64,000 nucleotides of DNA from Anaerohalosphaeraceae bacterium (GTDB lineage: Bacteria > Planctomycetota > Phycisphaerae > Sedimentisphaerales > Anaerohalosphaeraceae), in assembly GCA_963675525.2 (NCBI GenBank), contig CAXXSL010000019.1:184842-248841 (forward strand), given 5' to 3'. A model generated the notes under the pieces. The model was not told the origin of the DNA and searched no databases. It worked only from the letters and a program-made list of their open reading frames with translations. The translations under genes were made by a program, and so were the position numbers. Shown piece by piece: positions 57,829 to 64,000 of this stretch (within the stretch, counting starts at the first letter, position 1; each line of letters starts with the position of its first letter).

Positions 57829-59270
57829 TTTCCTATAATCCCTAACTTTCCAATATTCATTATTTTGTTTGGGTCTAACGCTTTTTTGATCTTCTCCAGA
57901 ACATTGAAAGCATCTCCGTATTGCTCTCTCATATGCTTTGCCAGCTGTATCCCAATTCCGTGGTGTTCGTTCAGAACGCCACCGTTTTCCAAAATCGCTT
58001 TTGCGCCCACTGCCCATATCTTATTGTTGAGCTCAATGCCTTCTTTCGGGTCTGTCGGCGGCTTTTCGATGATGAAATTGGGATATACCGAAGCGCCCCA
58101 GTCATACCAATGCGAGAAGTGCGCGACGTACTTTACGCCCCATTCCGAGAACGTCTCTTCGATCGCACGCTTCATGCCGCGATAAACGTTCTCGATATCC
58201 TTGTGCAGCGCGCATGAATCCAGCACGCCGTAAAGGCATTTGGAGGACTCCAGCGTATAGGGGGGATAATAGAAATCAAACCTCTTTTTCCACCAGTTCC
58301 ATCCGGGTTCCGGGCCCAGGTCCTTCGCGCCGTTTTTAAAGCAGATGTTAACGGCGACTTTTTCTTCCACGTCAACGAGCTCTGCAAAACCGTCAAAACC
58401 CAGCACCATATAGCCGCCGGTATCGATCTTAATGCCGAGAACTTTTTCGACCATTACTTTTGTGTCGTTTTCATCATATATGCGGACAACCGAGGGTTTC
58501 AGCCCGCTTACCATGATCTCCCGTGCGGATTCCAGCGCCGAATGCAGGCTGTCGAACAGCAATGCCCTGAATGACATCTTTTCAGGCAGCTTCTTGATTT
58601 TTAGTGTAACGGTCGTTATGACTCCGTATACGCCTTCCGCGCCCAGGAAAAGCTTCTCAAAGCTGGGGCCTGTCGAATGGACGGGAATAGGAAGGCTTTT
58701 TACGATCTCGCCGTCCGGCAGTACCGCCTCAAGGTTCAGCATCATATCCTCTATCTTGCCGTACTTGCTTGAAAAGTGCCCGCTGCCCCTGCAGGACAGA
58801 AAACCGCCCAGCGTAGAACAATATATAGATGCGGGGAAGTGGTTCAATGTATAGCCCCTGTCGTTCAGATACGTTTCCAGATCAATCTGCATGATGCCTG
58901 TTTGCACAGTAACGTTATAACTTTTTTCATCGATACAAATCACATTGTTCATTTTCTTCATATCGATTACGATGCCGCCGTCAATTGCCAGAACTCCGCC
59001 CAACCCGCCGGCGCCGCCGCCTCTCGGAACGATCGGTATATCGTTTCTGTTTGCGAATTTCACAACTTCCGAGACCTGTTTTGTCGATTCCGGGAACACC
59101 ACAGCATCCGGCCTTGGCGGCTTGCAGCCTTCATTCATCCAGACCCTTGACGGCCACCAGCCGTCAAGGGAGTAGGAGTCCATATCACATTCCAGATCCG
59201 TGATGTTGTCTTCCCCTACAATTGCCTTTAATTCGTCATAAATTAAGAATTGTTTAAATGTCTTACTCAT
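57825..59270 (-). CDS. FAD-binding oxidoreductase, VAO/GlcD family, alkyl-DHAP-synthase-like
   Basis: PRGGGAG, HFPAS..CSTLGG, GAEGVYGVIT, HFSHWY, EHHGIG, DPNKIMN. Confidence 0.85.
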   Translation of the reverse strand: MSKTFKQFLIYDELKAIVGEDNITDLECDMDSYSLDGWWPSRVWMNEGCKPPRPDAVVFPESTKQVSEVVKFANRNDIPIVPRGGGAGGLGGVLAIDGGIVIDMKKMNNVICIDEKSYNVTVQTGIMQIDLETYLNDRGYTLNHFPASIYCSTLGGFLSCRGSGHFSSKYGKIEDMMLNLEAVLPDGEIVKSLPIPVHSTGPSFEKLFLGAEGVYGVITTVTLKIKKLPEKMSFRALLFDSLHSALESAREIMVSGLKPSVVRIYDENDTKVMVEKVLGIKIDTGGYMVLGFDGFAELVDVEEKVAVNICFKNGAKDLGPEPGWNWWKKRFDFYYPPYTLESSKCLYGVLDSCALHKDIENVYRGMKRAIEETFSEWGVKYVAHFSHWYDWGASVYPNFIIEKPPTDPKEGIELNNKIWAVGAKAILENGGVLNEHHGIGIQLAKHMREQYGDAFNVLEKIKKALDPNKIMNIGKLGIIGK

Positions 59271-59277
59271 TACTGCC

Positions 59278-60300
59278 TTACCTTTCTCCTATAACAATTT
59301 GCCATTTCTTTTCGAACCCAAGCTGATCACATATTTCGTAAATCAATTCGATGTTTTTCCATTCGTCATAGAGACTGGGATGCGGGATCTCCCTTGAATG
59401 GATCGAATCACAGAACGTCTTTAAATTAGGCACATATCCATCCAGGACATGCGTCATGTTCACGCTGAGCGGCACCCAATCGCTTTCCCAGCACTGGGAA
59501 TTGTTATCTTCGTAATAGGTAACCTTGCGCGCGTTATCCACCATTACAGCGCAGCGATGTGCAACGACTTCCAGGTGCTCGCTGTGGCAACCGCGGTTCC
59601 CCTCTGTGCCCCAGGAGGCTACGCCCAATACGCCGCTCTCGAAATTGCATATGAGGCCGACCGGGCTTCTGTCGATACCCCGCTTATTGCCCATAACTTT
59701 CACTTCGCCGATGTCTCCGCCGAAAGCCCTAAAAATATCGATCACATGGATGTGCCATTCCATCAAACCGGTCAGGAACGTCGCATACGGATAGCCGTGC
59801 GATTTGGACTCTATCAGCATCACTTCGCCAAACTCCGGTTCATTCATGATATCCATGGCCTTCCTGTATGCGATGGAACCCCGTTTCTGATGATCTACCA
59901 TGACCACCCTTTTTAAGTCGCACGCCATTTCCCAAAGGTCTCTGCATTCTCCAGGCGTTATGCTAACCGGCTTTTCTACAAACACATCAAGTCCGGCTTT
60001 CATCGCATCTCTTAATACTTTTGGGTGAACCGCGGCATTGATACAAACCACAACCCCGTCCAATTTTTCCTTGTCAAGCATTTCATGGTAATCTTTATAT
60101 GCTCTTTCAAACCCAAATTGTTTTCTGACTTTTTCTGCACGATCAAGATCCAAATCACATACTGCGACCCGTTCGATCGATTGCAAATAATTCAGGCTGG
60201 GGAAAAGCATGTTTGTGGCATGAATCCCTGCGCCGATAAATGCTAATCTCGTTGGCGCAACATCAATACTCCAATCTTTGGTATCAAATTTGCCTTTCAT
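59278..60300 (-). CDS. Gfo/Idh/MocA oxidoreductase
   Basis: FIGAGIHA, VFVEKP. Confidence 0.88.
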   Translation of the reverse strand: MKGKFDTKDWSIDVAPTRLAFIGAGIHATNMLFPSLNYLQSIERVAVCDLDLDRAEKVRKQFGFERAYKDYHEMLDKEKLDGVVVCINAAVHPKVLRDAMKAGLDVFVEKPVSITPGECRDLWEMACDLKRVVMVDHQKRGSIAYRKAMDIMNEPEFGEVMLIESKSHGYPYATFLTGLMEWHIHVIDIFRAFGGDIGEVKVMGNKRGIDRSPVGLICNFESGVLGVASWGTEGNRGCHSEHLEVVAHRCAVMVDNARKVTYYEDNNSQCWESDWVPLSVNMTHVLDGYVPNLKTFCDSIHSREIPHPSLYDEWKNIELIYEICDQLGFEKKWQIVIGER

Positions 60301-60419
60301 AATTCCTCCTTATAATCTTTCTATATATTCTTTTTTCTTTATTATTTGATTTTAACCTTCATGCTTTGTATAACAATCTGTCCTCAAGTCATGGGTTTTA
60401 CAATTCAGGATACTAGATG

Positions 60420-60545
60420 TTTCACTATTAGAAATCTGTTTTCATTATTTAATATTTATATTTGATTAATTCTACGATTATTCAAAAAATCCTTTTTTTT
60501 TTCTAAAATATTTTATTATTTGATATCAAGTTTCATATATTGAAA
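60420..60545. promoter_or_regulatory. candidate IclR-family operator palindromes
   Basis: TTTC-actatta-GAAA (60420-34) overlapping GAAA-tctgt-TTTC (60431-43), and TTTCA-tatat-TGAAA (60531-45), upstream of the operon. Confidence 0.45.
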
Positions 60546-60691
60546 TTGTAAAAATATTTAAAATTAGTAACCCTAACAAAAACCGCAGAAAAATAAGAAG
60601 TTAGGTTGTTTCATATTTGCGATCAGTTAAAGTATGCTTAGGAATTTCCAAGGTTAAAAACGAATTTCTATTTATTCAGAAATTAAAATTT

Positions 60692-61452
60692 TTAGATATT
60701 TGTAGGGCAGTTTAATTTTTGCGAAAGACGAAACGCGACATCTTTGATGATTTTTCCGTATTTCTCCATTTCGGAAATGTTGATTCTACTGGATGGCCCG
60801 GTAATCCCAATAGATGCAATAGGATAATTAATATAATCCAAAACCGGACAGGCAACGCAGCGTATTCCAATGATGCATTCTTCCTCATCAAAGGCATAGC
60901 CAACCTCTCTGATTTTATCAAGTGCTGAAATTAATTCTTTTTTTGTAACGATCGTATTGCTTGTATAGCGCTTTAATTCGATTTGATCAATAATCACATC
61001 TCTTTGATGGCTATCTAAAAAAGCCAAATATGATTTACCGATTGCTGTACAATGAAGTGGATCTTCAGTACCTATACTTTCAGATAGATTGATGAACCCC
61101 CCGCTGTTTTGTATATCTATTGTTATAATACTATTCCGATGTGTTGGTACACTTAGTTGTACGCTTTCGCCGGTCGCTGCAAACAATTTCAGCCAAGAAA
61201 GGCTTTGCTAATATTACTAAATTCTTGCTGGTCAGCAACGCAGGCCGAAATCTCAATAGACCTAAACTCAAGCGGTACATTTTTGAATTATTATCTTTGT
61301 CGACAAGTTCATTTTCCACTAAAGCAGTAAGTAATCGATAGACAGAACTTTTATTCATATTCCGTAATACTGGCTATTTGGGTTAAAGAAAGCTGCTCAT
61401 GGTTTCTTAATTTATCTAAAATATTTATTGCTTCATTAAGGGTTTTGCTCAT
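60692..61452 (-). CDS. IclR family transcriptional regulator (two frameshifts in this sequence)
   Basis: MSKTLNEAINILDKL / MNKSSVYRLL HTH / TGESV...PLHCTAIGK...GYAFDEEE..GIRCVA pieced across three frames. Confidence 0.88.
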
Positions 61453-61501
61453 TGTTGTTTCCTCTTATATCTAACCTAAGTATATTTATTATCGCTTTAT
61501 A

Positions 61502-61530
61502 AGTATATTGACTGGGTCTTTTGTTGTCAA
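61502..61530 (-). promoter_or_regulatory. sigmaA-type promoter of the IclR gene
   Basis: TTGACA-N17-TATACT. Confidence 0.75.
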
Positions 61531-61645
61531 CATGAATATACAGACTATATTTTTTCTTTATTCATAGTCCTCTGCCTGGTTAACGCTAATTCTTGTTTTC
61601 TGTTCGAACTTCGTCAGGTTATTTTAACCCCTATCATATTCAAGA

Positions 61646-61672
61646 CTGCCCCCCGGCACGACCGGGGGGCAG
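61646..61672 (-). terminator. GC-rich hairpin after fucI
   Basis: CTGCCCCCCGG-cacga-CCGGGGGGCAG. Confidence 0.65.
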
Positions 61673-61725
61673 ATTTCAGATTTCAGATTAACCTACCACT
61701 GAGGAAACGATCATTCAGTACGGAT

Positions 61726-63490
61726 TTATTTATATATCGGGCCCAGTGCGGCACAAGCACGATAATCGGCGCCCTCCAAGTCGTTTGTTCCAAATGCATC
61801 CCAGATGGATGGACGGAAAATATTATTTTCTTCAACGTTATGCATGCTCACAGTATACGAAGCATGGATGCGAAGGTAATCAGATCCCGCCCTATATGTC
61901 CATAACAGAAAGCACCATGGTTCGCACCCCATTTTGCCATCACACTGTAAACATCCGTGAAAGCGCCCTTGCCCGTCAGCCGTGGTGCAAACCATGTGGT
62001 GGGCCAGGTCGGGTCAGTACGCTGATCAAGCGCCTTGTGTATTTCGGGATGCAACTCACATGTCCAGCCTTCTGCAAACTGCAGAACCGGGCCAAGACCC
62101 TTAACGACGTTTATGCGGACCATTGTAACCGGCATACCGCCGCGTGTTCCGCCGATATAGTGGCTGGAGAAACCGCCGCCACGGAAATAGAACCGGTCGG
62201 CGGGACACCAATCAGTTTTTTCAAGGCAGGCTTTCATTTCAATGTCGGTCATCTCATAAAACGGCTTGATGACCGGGTTACCGCCCTGTCTGATACCGCG
62301 CCCGTGCCGTCCAACGAGCGGCACCCGAGTTGATCAGGTGTATGATACCGTTTTCCGCAAGTCCGGTAGGCTTTATACCGGTAACACGCTGGATCGCTTC
62401 GGACTCCAGTAGGTACGGACATCTGCAAATATACCAGGCGTGTTGGTTAAAAGGTGCTGGAAAAGCATCGAAAAACCGTTCAGCGTGTCGTTTTCCGTAG
62501 CAAGCACCAGAGATTCCCTCAAGCCGTTCCAATCAAACTGGGAGTTCAGTATAGCTTCGGCAAAATCGAAGTTGGGTTTGTAGTCTGTCCACTGGCGCTG
62601 CCCCTGCACACCGCCCAATATCGCGTTATGGCCACAGCTTTCTCTTCCACAAAACCAAGCTCCGCGAGCCGCGGGTTCCCAATCATGAGATCGCGTATGA
62701 TCATAGCGCATTTAACAACAAACTCCCATTGCTCATCCTTAACCTTGCGGGAGAACGCTATATCGGCCGGGTTCTTTTCATATCCTTCTTTACAGTATTC
62801 CTTCGTCCATGCGAGCGCTTTCTCAAACTCCACAGGGTCATAGATACCCATGTCAATACGGCGAAGTATTTCTGTTTCATCCACCGATTCGCTTCTCATC
62901 CCAAAATACTCCTGAAGTAAATCCTGATTAAGGATGGAGCCCGCAATGCCCATGCACATCGATCCGATCTGCAGGTAGCTTTTCGCGCGCATCATCTTTA
63001 CCGCAATGCCGCACTTTGCAAAGCGCAATATCTTTTCCTGCACGTCTTCTGGGATGGAATAATCATCCTTGTCTTTGACATCGTGCCCGTAAATGCTGAA
63101 TGCAGGCATACCTTTCTGGGAATGTGCGGCCAGTACGGCGGCCAGAAATACTGCGCCGGAACGCTCCGTGCCATTAAAGCCCCAAACAGCCTTGACCGTT
63201 GAGGAGTCCTGATCCATCACTTCGGTAGAATAACACCAGCAAGGAGATACCGTCAGGGTAACTTCCACGCCTTCACGCTCAAATTTTTCCTGACAAAGCG
63301 CAGCTTCCTTGACGCCGCCGATCGTTGTATCGGCAATCACCACTTCGGCAGGTTAACCATCCGGATATTTTATATTTTCTGTTATAAGCTTAGCGGCAGA
63401 AATCGCCATGCCCATCGTCTGATCTTCCAGTTGTTCACGAACGCCATTTCTTCTGCCGTCGATGCATGGCCTTATACCTATTTTTACCAT
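61726..63490 (-). pseudogene. fucI: L-fucose/D-arabinose isomerase, broken by several frameshifts and one stop (probably sequencing errors)
   Basis: [88 protein letters not shown] in successive frames. Confidence 0.92.
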
Positions 63491-63577
63491 TATGTAAATG
63501 TCTCTCCTCTTCTTGTATTTGTCATAGGTTTATTCGCCCGATTCAATCAGCGTATCCCTAACAAATTCTTTCGTCTT

Positions 63578-64000
63578 CTACCTCCCTGCTGCATCCTTGA
63601 GCGCCTTCACAACCGGCAGCTCCTCGCCCGAAAGGAAGCGCACCAGCGCGCCGCCGCCCGTACAGATATAGCCAATACGCTCACTCACATGGAACAGATT
63701 TGCCGCCAATACGCTGTCGCCCCCGCCAATCACCGAAAAGCCTTTGGTTTCCGCCGCAGCTTCCCAAATGGTCTTCGTGCCCGCTTCGCTCGGCTTCTTC
63801 TCGAATACGCCATCGGCCCGTTGATGAACACCGTGCCCGCCTCCCGGATGATTCGCTCGTACCTCGATATCGTTTTTGCGCCGATGTCGATCAACAGCTT
63901 GTCTTGCGGAATGTCCCCCACGCTGACCTCATGGCGTATTTCGTCCTTGACATATGCGAAGTCCTCCGGCACCAGTATCTTACCGCTGTACGCGTCCAAT
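63578..64000 (-). CDS. pgk: phosphoglycerate kinase, 3' part (one frameshift)
   Basis: [14 protein letters not shown], then GGGDS...[23 protein letters not shown]. Confidence 0.9.

Overview
The window looks like two unrelated genomes joined at about 28,790. Left (1-28,790) reads as a planctomycete, probably Phycisphaerae/Sedimentisphaerales-like (inferred from gene content). It carries an EPS-export/exosortase locus (Wza-like, exosortase, EpsI, a 1590-aa TPR protein, Wzc) followed by a hypothetical protein and a GGDEF gene. Further along are PFOR (nifJ), a PL1-like pectate lyase, an esterase-MBL fusion, rodA/ftsW, a DHH phosphoesterase, two frameshifted secreted proteins (one dockerin-like, one PEP-CTERM) and a TMTC-like membrane/TPR protein. 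Right (28,791-64,000) reads as a clostridial (Bacillota) sugar-catabolism region, almost entirely on the minus strand. It holds a class-III aminotransferase/SDR/Gfo operon, a RuBisCO-like protein (form IV), galTKE, MsmX, AraC and a lipid-type module (acyl-CoA ligase, lipoyl-less E2 domain, FAD oxidoreductase, GPH transporter). It then has an IclR-adjacent 12-gene operon with an ABC importer and a divergent inositol-phosphate synthase, followed by frameshifted fucI and pgk. The best candidates for novelty are a stand-alone structured ncRNA at about 21,060-21,260, the Ino1-containing import/catabolic operon, the orphan RLP, and a FliM/CheZ-like tail peptide coupled to a diguanylate cyclase. No CRISPR array, tRNA, rRNA or transposase was seen. 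All calls come from reading motifs by eye; no database searches were run.
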